Assembly (NCBI GenBank): GCA_964636125.1
Contig: CAZWPX010000011.1
Span: forward strand, 18,741-82,740
Length of the DNA stretch: 64,000 nt
Direction: 5' to 3'
Source of the DNA: an uncultured Desulfobacterales bacterium
Lineage (GTDB): Bacteria > Desulfobacterota > Desulfobacteria > Desulfobacterales > CAJINA01
Below are positions 18,051-26,742 of the stretch, in pieces. The notes below the pieces were generated by a model, which was not told the DNA's origin, ran no database searches, and saw only the letters and a program-made list of their open reading frames with translations. Numbering within the stretch: the first letter of the stretch is position 1; each line of letters starts with the position of its first letter. The position numbers and the translations under genes are program-made.

Positions 18051-19589
18051 CTACACGTGCTGGGCTTCGGTCAGGGGATGCGCCTTGAGATATTCTATCC
18101 GGTTCAGCCCATTTACGTAGGCTTTGGCACTGGCCGTGATGATGTCCGGATCCGCCCCTTTGCCCAGGGCGATCAGACCGTTTTCCGACAGGCGCACGGT
18201 GACTTCACCCAGGGCATCGGTGCCGCCTGTCAGCGCGCTGACGGAAAACCGCAGCAGTTCCGAATTCGTCCCCGTCAGCTTGGCGATGGTGTTGAAGACC
18301 GCATCGATGGGTCCGTTGCCATAGCCGGCCCCTTTGACGCTGCGGCCGTGGATGTCCAGTTTCACACTGGCCATGGGCAGCACGGTTGTGCCGGCACTGA
18401 CATGCAGGTACGCCAGGTCGAAAATTTCCGAGGTACGCAACAGCCCTTCGGTGACAATAGCTTCCAGGTCTTCGTCAACGATTTGCTTTTTCTTGTCGGC
18501 CAGATCCTTGAAATTCCTAAATACAATTTTCAGCTCATCGTCACTGAGATCGTAACCCATCTCCTTGAGGTGGGAGCGCAGGGCGTGACGGCCGGAATGC
18601 TTGCCCAGTACCAGTTTATTGGTGTTGAGCCCCACGGTTTCCGGTTTCATGATCTCGTAGGTCATCGGGTTTTTCAGCACGCCGTCCTGGTGGATACCGG
18701 CTTCGTGGGCAAAGGCGTTGGCGCCCACAATGGCTTTGTTGGGCTGCACGATAATGCCGGTGATCATGGACACCAACCGGCTTGACGGGTGAATCTGCTC
18801 GGTATTGATATTGGTGTCCACGGGCAGGAAATTAGGCCGGGTGTGCAATGACATGACCACTTCTTCCAGGGAGGTATTACCGGCCCTTTCGCCGATCCCG
18901 TTTATGGTGACTTCCGCCTGGCGGGCTCCGGCTTTGATTGCGGCCAGGGTGTTGGCGGTGGCCAGTCCCAGGTCATTGTGACAGTGCACACTCAGGACAG
19001 CCTTGTCAATGTTCGGGGTGTTTTCAATGACGTAGCGGACCAGGTGGCCAAACTCTTCGGGTATGGCATATCCAACGGTATCCGGCAGGTTGACGGTGGT
19101 GGCGCCTGCATCGATAGCAGCCTCAAATACCTGGCAGAGAAAATCGGGGTCACTGCGGGAACCGTCTTCGGCTGAAAACTCAATACTGTCGGTCAAGGAT
19201 TTGGCATACTCAACCGCGGACCGGGTCGCGGCAACCACTTCTTCCCGCGACATGTCCAACTTGTATTTCATATGGATGTCCGAAGTGGCGATAAAGGTAT
19301 GAATCCTGGGTTTAACTGCATGCTGAACAGCACCCCAGGCTTTATCGATATCTGCCTTGGACGCCCGGCAAAGTCCGGCCACTTCAAGCTTTTTCATCCT
19401 TTTGGCGATCTGCGAAACCGATTCAAAATCGCCTTCGGAGGCGGCCGGGAAACCGGCTTCAAGAACATCTACCCCCAGTTTTTCCAGCTGAATGGCCAGG
19501 CGCAGTTTTTCGGCGGCATTCATGCTGGCGCCCGGTGATTGCTCGCCGTCTCTAAGGGTGGTATCAAAAATTATAACTTTATCATTCAT
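18051..19589 (-). CDS. leuA: 2-isopropylmalate synthase
   Basis: The sequence contains IFDTTLRDGEQSPG, HCHNDLGLATANTLAA, TINGIGERAGN and a C-terminal LeuA regulatory domain. Confidence 0.9.
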   Translation of the reverse strand: MNDKVIIFDTTLRDGEQSPGASMNAAEKLRLAIQLEKLGVDVLEAGFPAASEGDFESVSQIAKRMKKLEVAGLCRASKADIDKAWGAVQHAVKPRIHTFIATSDIHMKYKLDMSREEVVAATRSAVEYAKSLTDSIEFSAEDGSRSDPDFLCQVFEAAIDAGATTVNLPDTVGYAIPEEFGHLVRYVIENTPNIDKAVLSVHCHNDLGLATANTLAAIKAGARQAEVTINGIGERAGNTSLEEVVMSLHTRPNFLPVDTNINTEQIHPSSRLVSMITGIIVQPNKAIVGANAFAHEAGIHQDGVLKNPMTYEIMKPETVGLNTNKLVLGKHSGRHALRSHLKEMGYDLSDDELKIVFRNFKDLADKKKQIVDEDLEAIVTEGLLRTSEIFDLAYLHVSAGTTVLPMASVKLDIHGRSVKGAGYGNGPIDAVFNTIAKLTGTNSELLRFSVSALTGGTDALGEVTVRLSENGLIALGKGADPDIITASAKAYVNGLNRIEYLKAHPLTEAQHV

Positions 19590-19749
19590 GGGTGTGGTTC
19601 TCCTTTTCGAGGTCGTAATTGCTATCTCAAAAGCAATGGTTTACGTTGACAAGGTTACGGCCGTGCCCGAAATAAGCATGGGCCGCAGGTCTGGAACGGA
19701 GTCCAGGGAACCTGCGGCACGGTGACCTCTCTTTGTACACTTCATCTAT

Positions 19750-21348
19750 CTAATCCTGTTTGGAAAGTTTGTATTGAAAACTATCGGCCAGCGCCATCCA
19801 GCTGGCTTCCATAATATCTTCGGAAACACCGATGGTGCTCCAGACATCGTTCTGGTCGCGGGATTCGATAAGTACCCGTACCCGGGCTGCCGTTCCCGCC
19901 CGCCCGTCAATGACCCGCACCTTGAAATCCACCAGGCGCATGGCATCCAGGTGGGGATAGAATTTATCCAGAGCCTTGCGCAGGGCGTTATCGAGCGCAC
20001 TCACCGGGCCGCTGCCCTCGGCCGCGGTAATTTCATCCTGACCTTCCACGGCGATCTTGATTGTCGCGTGGGCACTACAGGGTTTGTCCTTGTCCTTTTC
20101 AATGGTGATGCGAAAGGATTCCAGGTCGAACAGGGATTTGAACTGGTTGGTGAATTTTTCGACCAGGATCTTGAAAGAACCATCCGCGACATCAAACTCA
20201 TATCCCTGCTGCTCCAGATCCTTAATCTCGGAGACAATTTTTTTGCTGTCAAATCCATTGCCACCCAGGTCAATCCCAAGTTCACGGGCTTTGTATTCGA
20301 TGTTGCTTTTACCGGAGAGGTCCGACACCAGCACCCGCCGGCGGTTGCCAATCCGCTCCGGGTTCATGTGCTCGTAGCCGCGCGGATCTTTCATGACGGC
20401 GCTGACATGGATACCGCCCTTGTGCGCAAAAGCGCTTTCACCCACAAAAGGCCGGGAGTTTACCGGGATCATGTTGGCCGTTTCACTGACAAAGCGGGAC
20501 AGCTTCTTCATGCCGGCCAGGTTTTCCGGCGTCATGCAGGGCCGGTCCATTTTCAGGCACAGGACCGGAATAATCGAGGTCAGGTCCGCGTTTCCGCAGC
20601 GCTCGCCATAGCCATTTATGGTGCCCTGCACCATGGTGGCTCCGGCGTGCACCGCTGAAATCGAATTGGCCACCGCCACTCCGCAATCATTGTGGCAGTG
20701 GATGCCAAGTTTGCAGGGCAGTTTTTCCGGATTGGTGCCTGTTTTTTCAGCGAGTGCTATTTTCACTTCGTCTACAATTTCTGCGACCCGGAAGGGGAGT
20801 GTCCCTCCATTGGTATCGCACAAGACCAGGGTCCCGGCACCGGCTTCAAAGGCCGCACAGAGTGTTTCCAGCGCGTACTGCGGATTGTCGGCATACCCAT
20901 CAAAAAAGTGTTCGGCATCATAGATGATTTCGCGACTGTTTTTATGGAGGAAAGCCACCGAGTCACGGATCATATCCAGATTTTCCGCGAGGGTAATACC
21001 CATAATACCGCTGACATGCAGGTCCCAGGTTTTGCCGAAGATGGCCACGGCCGGGGTCTGACTTTCTAAGAGCGCCTGGAGGTTGCCGTCTTCTTCCGGC
21101 GTTTTCCCGGGTCGCCGGGTGGCCCCGAAAGCGGTCAGCGTGGCATTTTTGAAGCTTGCCCGCTGGGCAAGCTTGAAAAAGGCCATATCACGGGGATTGG
21201 ACCCCGGCCACCCGCCTTCAATATAGTGAAACCCAATGTCGTCAAGCTTCAGAGCGATTTCCAGTTTTTCATCGGCGGAAAAGTTGATATTTTCGCCCTG
21301 TGTACCGTCTCTTAAAGTCGTGTCGTACAATAGTATGGGTGAATGCAT
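19750..21348 (-). CDS. cimA: Citramalate synthase (LeuA-family type 2)
   Basis: The sequence contains LYDTTLRDGTQGENINFS, IEGGWPGSNPRD, HCHNDCGVAVANS and TINGYGERCGNA. I use the start at 21348 (GGAGA Shine-Dalgarno sequence) rather than 21360. Confidence 0.8.
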   Translation of the reverse strand: MHSPILLYDTTLRDGTQGENINFSADEKLEIALKLDDIGFHYIEGGWPGSNPRDMAFFKLAQRASFKNATLTAFGATRRPGKTPEEDGNLQALLESQTPAVAIFGKTWDLHVSGIMGITLAENLDMIRDSVAFLHKNSREIIYDAEHFFDGYADNPQYALETLCAAFEAGAGTLVLCDTNGGTLPFRVAEIVDEVKIALAEKTGTNPEKLPCKLGIHCHNDCGVAVANSISAVHAGATMVQGTINGYGERCGNADLTSIIPVLCLKMDRPCMTPENLAGMKKLSRFVSETANMIPVNSRPFVGESAFAHKGGIHVSAVMKDPRGYEHMNPERIGNRRRVLVSDLSGKSNIEYKARELGIDLGGNGFDSKKIVSEIKDLEQQGYEFDVADGSFKILVEKFTNQFKSLFDLESFRITIEKDKDKPCSAHATIKIAVEGQDEITAAEGSGPVSALDNALRKALDKFYPHLDAMRLVDFKVRVIDGRAGTAARVRVLIESRDQNDVWSTIGVSEDIMEASWMALADSFQYKLSKQD

Positions 21349-21424
21349 GCAAATCTCCATTTGGCCCGGGCGGCCGCGGACATCCAGCGGTCATCCGCGG
21401 CATATCGGGTTTACTGCAGGGTGA

Positions 21425-22477
21425 TTACCGCTGGCGGTTTTCAGGTCGTAGCGCTCTGACCGCCGCACCGGTTTGCCACATCTCGGTATTCTTGATTTCA
21501 TCCAGCTCAGCTTCCAACTTTTCACGGTAGTCGGGGGCACTGTTGACATCCAGTACGCGGCGGGTTTCTTCCCCGGTTTTAACGCTTGCATACAGGTCGT
21601 CAAATACCGGCTTGACCGCGTCCCTGAATTTCGGGGCCCAGTCCAGCGCGCCCCTCTGGGCGGTCGTACTGCAGTTTCCGAACATCCAGTCCATGCCATT
21701 TTCAGCCACCAGGCGAATCAGGCTCTGGGTGAGTTCCTCCACGGTTTCATTGAACGATTCACTGGGGCTGTGGCCATGCTTTCTGAGCAGTTTGTACTGG
21801 GCTTCCATGACACCCGCCAGGCATCCCATGAGCACACCGCGTTCTCCGGTGAGGTCACTGTAGACTTCATTTTCAAAGGTGGTGTGAAACAGGTATCCCG
21901 AGCCGATGGCGATCCCCAGGGCGATGGTTCTCTCCTTGGCCCGGCCGGTGAAATCCTGGTGGATGGCAAAGCTTGAGTTGATCCCGCTGCCATCCAGAAA
22001 GTTGTTGCGTACGCTGCGGCCGGACCCCTTGGGGGCCACCAGGATGACATCCACGTTTTCCGGCGGGATGATCTGGGTCTGCTCCCGGTAGACCACGGAA
22101 AACCCGTGGGAAAAATAGAGCGCATCCCCCTCGTTGAGTCTGGCTTTGACCAGGGGCCAGGTGGCCGTCTGGCCCGCGTCGGACAGCAGGTTTTGAATGA
22201 CTGTTGCCTTTTCAGTGGCTTCTTCCAGGGAGAACAGGGCCTGGCCGGGCACAAAACCGTCTTCAACGGCTTTGTTCCAGGATGCGGTTCCCTCTCTTTG
22301 CCCCACGATAACGTTAAATCCGTTATCTTTCATGTTCAGGGCCTGTCCAGGTCCCTGGACGCCATATCCGAGAACGGCGATAACCTCATCCTTGAGAATT
22401 TCCCGCGCCTTTTCCAGGGAGAATTCATCAGAAGTGATGACTTCTTCGCTCGTTCCACCAAAATCAATCTGTGCCAT
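21425..22477 (-). CDS. ilvC: Ketol-acid reductoisomerase
   Basis: The sequence contains VLGYGVQGPGQALNMKDNG, SHGF and the LSDAGQ region. I use MAQIDFGG at 22477 (GGAGG Shine-Dalgarno sequence). The 39-aa extension in the ORF track overlaps ilvN. Confidence 0.9.
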   Translation of the reverse strand: MAQIDFGGTSEEVITSDEFSLEKAREILKDEVIAVLGYGVQGPGQALNMKDNGFNVIVGQREGTASWNKAVEDGFVPGQALFSLEEATEKATVIQNLLSDAGQTATWPLVKARLNEGDALYFSHGFSVVYREQTQIIPPENVDVILVAPKGSGRSVRNNFLDGSGINSSFAIHQDFTGRAKERTIALGIAIGSGYLFHTTFENEVYSDLTGERGVLMGCLAGVMEAQYKLLRKHGHSPSESFNETVEELTQSLIRLVAENGMDWMFGNCSTTAQRGALDWAPKFRDAVKPVFDDLYASVKTGEETRRVLDVNSAPDYREKLEAELDEIKNTEMWQTGAAVRALRPENRQR

Positions 22478-22580
22478 TTTTCCTCCAATCTTCCATTTCT
22501 GGGTACTTAAAGTCATTAAATCTGCAAAATGCAAAATATCGTTTGACGCATGGTCACCGGTCGCCGACCGCGCCTGTTGT

Positions 22581-23090
22581 TCAGGCGGGTTCACGCAGCA
22601 GTGCGATGGTGCCGGTCCGGGCGATTTTTTTGATCCCGATGGGCTTTAACAGGTTCAAAATTGCCTGAATCTTGCCCGGGTCGCCGGTTACTTCTATGGT
22701 ATAGTGTCCCAAACCGGCATCAACCACCTTGCCCCTGAAAATCTCCACGATACGAAGGATTTCGGCACGATGTGAATCGTGGGCCTTGACACAAATCAGG
22801 GCCATCTCACGGTGCACCGCCTGGGGACCGGACAGGTCACGGACCTTGATGATATTGATCAACTTGTTGAGCTGTTTTTCGATCTGTTCCACAATGCGGC
22901 CATCGGCTTTTGTCACGATGGTAACCCGGGAAACTTCCGGGTCCATGGTTTCCGCCACGCAGAGGCTGTCGATATTGAAACCCCGGCCGCTGAAGAGCCC
23001 TACAATTCTTGAAAGAACCCCGGGCTCGTTGTCCACCAGCATGGTGAAGATGTGCTTTTCTGCTATGTTTACTTCTGCCTGTTTGTCCAT
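22581..23090 (-). CDS. ilvN: Acetolactate synthase small (regulatory) subunit
   Basis: The ACT-domain sequence HIFTMLVDNEPGVLSRIVGLFSGRGFNIDSL is present. Confidence 0.9.
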   Translation of the reverse strand: MDKQAEVNIAEKHIFTMLVDNEPGVLSRIVGLFSGRGFNIDSLCVAETMDPEVSRVTIVTKADGRIVEQIEKQLNKLINIIKVRDLSGPQAVHREMALICVKAHDSHRAEILRIVEIFRGKVVDAGLGHYTIEVTGDPGKIQAILNLLKPIGIKKIARTGTIALLREPA

Positions 23091-23105
23091 GGGTAGCTAT
23101 CCTGT

Positions 23106-24797
23106 TTATACTAAAAGCATGTCGGTGATACTTGCACCGGCCGGGACCATGGGATACACACACTCCTCGCGGTCCACCACAAAATCCATGATAACGGTTT
23201 TATCTGAAAATAGGCCTTCGCGTAAAACCGTTTCCACCTCTGCAGGTTTGGTGGCCCGCAGGCCCACGGCGCCAAATGCTTCGGCCAGTTTTGCAAAATC
23301 GGGGGCGTGCTGCATGTCTGTGAAGGCATACCGGCATTCGTAAAACAACTCCTGCCACTGGCGCACCATGCCCAGGTAACGGTTGTTGAGAATAATGACC
23401 TTCACCGGCAGCCCATATTGCACGGCTGTGGCCATCTCCTGGATATTCATCTGGATGCTGCCGTCACCGGCCACATCTACAACAAGCTTGTCAGGGCACG
23501 CGGCCTGGGCTCCGATGGCGGCGGGCAGTCCGAATCCCATGCATCCGAGTCCGCCGGAGGTAATAAAATGGCCCGGTTGGTCAAAGTGATAAAACTGGGC
23601 GGCCCACATTTGGTTCTGCCCGACTTCGGTGGTTACAATCGCTTTGCCTTCGGTTAGCTCATAAAGCTTTTCAACAACGTATTGGGGTTTGATGACTTCT
23701 TTCTGGTCATAGGCCAGGGGATTGGTATCCCGCCAGTCGGCTATTTGTGCCAGCCAGTCGGTACGACTGGTTTCAAGGTGGGCGATGTATTCCGGATCAA
23801 ACATTTCATTGAGGATGCCCAGGGCAATCTTGCAATCGCCGACCACCGGAATACTGACCGAGACATTTTTACGAATGGAAGTCGGGTCGATATCAATGTG
23901 GACGATCTTGGCATTGGATGCGAAGGTTTTTATTTTCCCGGTTACCCGGTCATCGAAACGGACCCCGATGGCGATGAGCAGGTCGCATTCACCTATGGAC
24001 ATATTGGCCCGATAGGTGCCGTGCATGCCGATCATGCCCAACCAGAGGGGATCCGTACCGGGAAAGGCTCCCAGGCCCATCAAGGAGCCGGTTACCGGGA
24101 TCCGGGTCTTACGGGCAAACTCGGTGAGTTCCTCCGTACCCTTAGAGAGCACAACGCCGCCGCCCGCGAAGATGACCGGTTTTTGAGCCGTTTTAATTAG
24201 CTCGATTACTTTTTTAAGCTGGTTTTTATTGGGCTTGTAGCTGGGATTGTAAGATTTGATACGGATGCTTGCGGGCTCGGTATACTCAATTTGGGTGGCC
24301 CCGATATCCTTGGGGATATCCACCAGAACAGGGCCGGGTCGACCTGATTTTGCGATGAAAAACGCCTCGCGTAAGGTTTTGGCCAACTGCCGCGGGTCCT
24401 TTACCAGGTAGTTGTGCTTCGTACAGGGCCGGGTAATGCCCACAATGTCAACTTCCTGGAACGCGTCATTTCCGATGAGGTGCGTGGGAACTTGCCCGGT
24501 AATGACGACTACGGGTATGGAGTCCATGTAAGCGGAGGCCAGCCCGGTGACGGTGTTGGTGGCCCCGGGACCGGATGTGACCAGGCAGACACCGACCCCG
24601 CCTGTGGCCCGGGAATATCCGTCGGCGGCATGCACCGCACCCTGCTCATGGCGGACCAGGATATGCCTGATATCGGTTTTGACGATTTCGTCGTAAATGT
24701 CAATGACCGCGCCGCCGGGGAATCCGAATATGGTGTCCACACCTTCCTCTTTCAGAACTTTCATCAATACCTGAGCGCCAGTGAGTTCCATTTGCAT
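23106..24797 (-). CDS. ilvB: Acetolactate synthase large (catalytic) subunit
   Basis: TPP-enzyme motifs are FGFPGGAVIDIYD, GPGATN and GLGCMGFGLPAAIGA...GDGSIQMN. Confidence 0.95.
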   Translation of the reverse strand: MQMELTGAQVLMKVLKEEGVDTIFGFPGGAVIDIYDEIVKTDIRHILVRHEQGAVHAADGYSRATGGVGVCLVTSGPGATNTVTGLASAYMDSIPVVVITGQVPTHLIGNDAFQEVDIVGITRPCTKHNYLVKDPRQLAKTLREAFFIAKSGRPGPVLVDIPKDIGATQIEYTEPASIRIKSYNPSYKPNKNQLKKVIELIKTAQKPVIFAGGGVVLSKGTEELTEFARKTRIPVTGSLMGLGAFPGTDPLWLGMIGMHGTYRANMSIGECDLLIAIGVRFDDRVTGKIKTFASNAKIVHIDIDPTSIRKNVSVSIPVVGDCKIALGILNEMFDPEYIAHLETSRTDWLAQIADWRDTNPLAYDQKEVIKPQYVVEKLYELTEGKAIVTTEVGQNQMWAAQFYHFDQPGHFITSGGLGCMGFGLPAAIGAQAACPDKLVVDVAGDGSIQMNIQEMATAVQYGLPVKVIILNNRYLGMVRQWQELFYECRYAFTDMQHAPDFAKLAEAFGAVGLRATKPAEVETVLREGLFSDKTVIMDFVVDREECVYPMVPAGASITDMLLV

Positions 24798-24815
24798 GTC
24801 CTTTGTGCTTTAAGA

Positions 24816-26486
24816 TTATTGAACAATTGCGCCCTGGCTGGCCGAAGAAACACCCCGGGCATAGCGGGCCATGTAACCTTGTTTGATTTTTTGATCAGGC
24901 TGCTGCCAGGCGGATTCCCTGGTTTTCAAAACCTGTGGTTCCACAACCAGAGATATGCGCTTAGAAGGGATATCGATTTCAATCAGGTCACCTTCGGCGA
25001 CCAGCGCGATGGGCCCGCCCTGCATCGCTTCCGGTGAAACATGACCGATGGCGGCACCCCGGGTCCCGCCTGAAAAGCGGCCGTCGGTAATCAGGGCCAC
25101 GTCGGCATCCAGTCCCATACCGGCAATGGCAGCGGTCGGGGTCAGCATTTCGCGCATGCCCGGTCCACCCATGGGGCCTTCATAGCGAATGACCACCACA
25201 TCGCCTTTATTGATTTCACTGGCCATGATAGCCCGGGAAGCAGATTCCTCATCTTCAAACACCCGGGCCGGGCCTTTGTGGTGCATCATTTCAGCGCGCA
25301 CCGCCGACTGTTTGACCACGCACCCTTCGGGGGCAAGGTTGCCGAACAGGACGGCCAGGCCGCCCATGGCATGGTAAGCCGCGTCCACCGGCCGGATGAC
25401 ATCGGCATCCCGCACGCCGGCCGCAGCAAGATTTGCAGTCACGGTTGCGCCTGTAACAGTCAGGCAGTCACCGTCTATCCGGCCGGATGCCGCCAGGGTG
25501 TGCATGACCCCCCCGATCCCGCCGGCCCGGTTGAGGTCCTGAATGTGGTGACTGCCGCCCGGACTCATGGAACAGAGATGGGGCGTTTTTTCACTGACCC
25601 GGTTAATCATTTCGAGGTCAAACGGGACACCGGCTTCAGCGGCAAGGGCGGTAAGGTGCAGGACGGTATTAGTGGAGCAGCCCAGAGCCATATCCACGGT
25701 AAGGGCATTTTCAAATGCCTGCGGAGTCAGGATCTTGGCGGGTGTCAGGTTATTTTCAAGCAGGGCCATGATCTGCATGCCGGTCCGCTTGGCCAGGCGT
25801 GTGCGCGCCGCCATTACAGCGGGTATGGTGCCGTTGCCCGGCAGGGCCAGGCCGATGGCCTCGGTGAGGCAATTCATAGAGTTGGCTGTAAACATGCCGG
25901 CACAGGAACCGCATGTGGGGCAAGCAGCGTCTTCGATTTCATCCAGTTCAGCCGCTGTCATGGATCCAGATCGTACAGCGCCCACGGCTTCGAAAACGGT
26001 GATCAGGTCAATCCGGTTGCCCGGGGGCTTACGCGGGTGGTCCCCGGCCAGCATGGGGCCGCCGCTGATGACAATAGCCGGAATATCCAACCGGGCAGCC
26101 GCCATGAGCATCCCTGGAACAATTTTATCACAATTGGGCACCAGTACCAGGGCATCAAAAGCATGGGCGGTGGCAACGACCTCGATACTGTCGGCAATTA
26201 GTTCCCGGCTGCCCAGGGAGTATTTCATCCCCTGGTGGTTCATGGCAATGCCGTCACACACACCTATGGTGCCGAATTCAACCGGCATGCCGCCGGCCAT
26301 GCTGATGCCTGTCTTAACGGCTGCAACGATGGTGTCCAGCTGAATGTGGCCGGGAATGATGCTGTTGGCCGAGTTGGCAATCCCGACCAGGGGCCTTTTG
26401 ATCTCTTCGTTGGTATAACCCATGGCCTTGAAGAGTGCCCGGTGCGGGGCCCGCTCAATCCCTGATTTGACATGATCACTTTTCAT
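24816..26486 (-). CDS. ilvD: Dihydroxy-acid dehydratase
   Basis: The sequence contains [44 protein letters not shown] and [12 protein letters not shown] use MKSDHVK at 26486. The 24-aa extension in the ORF track runs through the terminator hairpin. Confidence 0.95.
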   Translation of the reverse strand: MKSDHVKSGIERAPHRALFKAMGYTNEEIKRPLVGIANSANSIIPGHIQLDTIVAAVKTGISMAGGMPVEFGTIGVCDGIAMNHQGMKYSLGSRELIADSIEVVATAHAFDALVLVPNCDKIVPGMLMAAARLDIPAIVISGGPMLAGDHPRKPPGNRIDLITVFEAVGAVRSGSMTAAELDEIEDAACPTCGSCAGMFTANSMNCLTEAIGLALPGNGTIPAVMAARTRLAKRTGMQIMALLENNLTPAKILTPQAFENALTVDMALGCSTNTVLHLTALAAEAGVPFDLEMINRVSEKTPHLCSMSPGGSHHIQDLNRAGGIGGVMHTLAASGRIDGDCLTVTGATVTANLAAAGVRDADVIRPVDAAYHAMGGLAVLFGNLAPEGCVVKQSAVRAEMMHHKGPARVFEDEESASRAIMASEINKGDVVVIRYEGPMGGPGMREMLTPTAAIAGMGLDADVALITDGRFSGGTRGAAIGHVSPEAMQGGPIALVAEGDLIEIDIPSKRISLVVEPQVLKTRESAWQQPDQKIKQGYMARYARGVSSASQGAIVQ

Positions 26487-26511
26487 TTTTACACATTCCT
26501 TTTCTTTACCC

Positions 26512-26555
26512 AAAAAAAAATCCGTTATCGGCCTGAGGGCTGATAACGGATTTTT
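26512..26555 (-). terminator. Intrinsic terminator (attenuator) between the leader ORF and ilvD
   Basis: The minus-strand RNA is AAAAA-UCCGUUAUCaGCC-CUCA-GGCcGAUAACGGA-UUUUUUUUU. This gives a 9 + 3 bp stem with one mismatch, followed by a 9-U tail. It ends 25 nt before the ilvD ATG. Confidence 0.8.
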
Positions 26556-26576
26556 CATATAAGCTGGATTATGAAA

Positions 26577-26675
26577 TTAGGCCATTATGTACCCCCGCTC
26601 CTCGTTGCGGATAATAATATCCACGACGAGGACGATAATTAGACCGAGGCTGTTAATAATGGATAGATTTTTCAT
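26577..26675 (-). CDS. BCAA-rich leader peptide (32 aa): MKNLSIINSLGLIIVLVVDIIIRNEERGYIMA
   Basis: Manual translation shows 15 of 32 residues are Ile (8), Leu (4) or Val (3). In the run LIIVLVVDIII, 10 of 11 residues are BCAA. It was too short for the ORF track. There is no strong Shine-Dalgarno sequence. Confidence 0.65.
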   Translation of the reverse strand: MKNLSIINSLGLIIVLVVDIIIRNEERGYIMA

Positions 26676-26705
26676 AATTTATTTTTGTCTGTCACTAATC
26701 TCGGG

Positions 26706-26734
26706 AAAATAACACTAAGGTCAGGGCGTGTCAA
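26706..26734 (-). promoter_or_regulatory. Sigma70-type promoter candidate for the ilv leader/operon
   Basis: The minus strand reads TTGACA, a 17-nt spacer, then TGtTATTTT (a perfect -35 and an extended -10). It lies 9 nt after the topA stop and about 30 nt before the leader ATG. Confidence 0.55.
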
Positions 26735-26742
26735 ACTCTTTT

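Noticed and set aside
17823-18785. 320-aa plus-strand ORF
   Set aside because: It is antisense to leuA and has no motifs. It is a shadow ORF.
22478-22594. 39-aa N-terminal extension of ilvC
   Set aside because: It overlaps the ilvN 3' end. A GGAGG Shine-Dalgarno sequence precedes the internal ATG at 22477, where IlvC homology starts.
25278-26343. Two long plus-strand ORFs (307 aa and 258 aa)
   Set aside because: Both are antisense to ilvD, whose identity on the minus strand is unambiguous.
26487-26558. N-terminal extension of ilvD ([24 protein letters not shown]) suggested by the ORF track
   Set aside because: The extension is encoded by the terminator hairpin and U-tract. Conserved IlvD sequence begins at MKSDHVKSG (26486).
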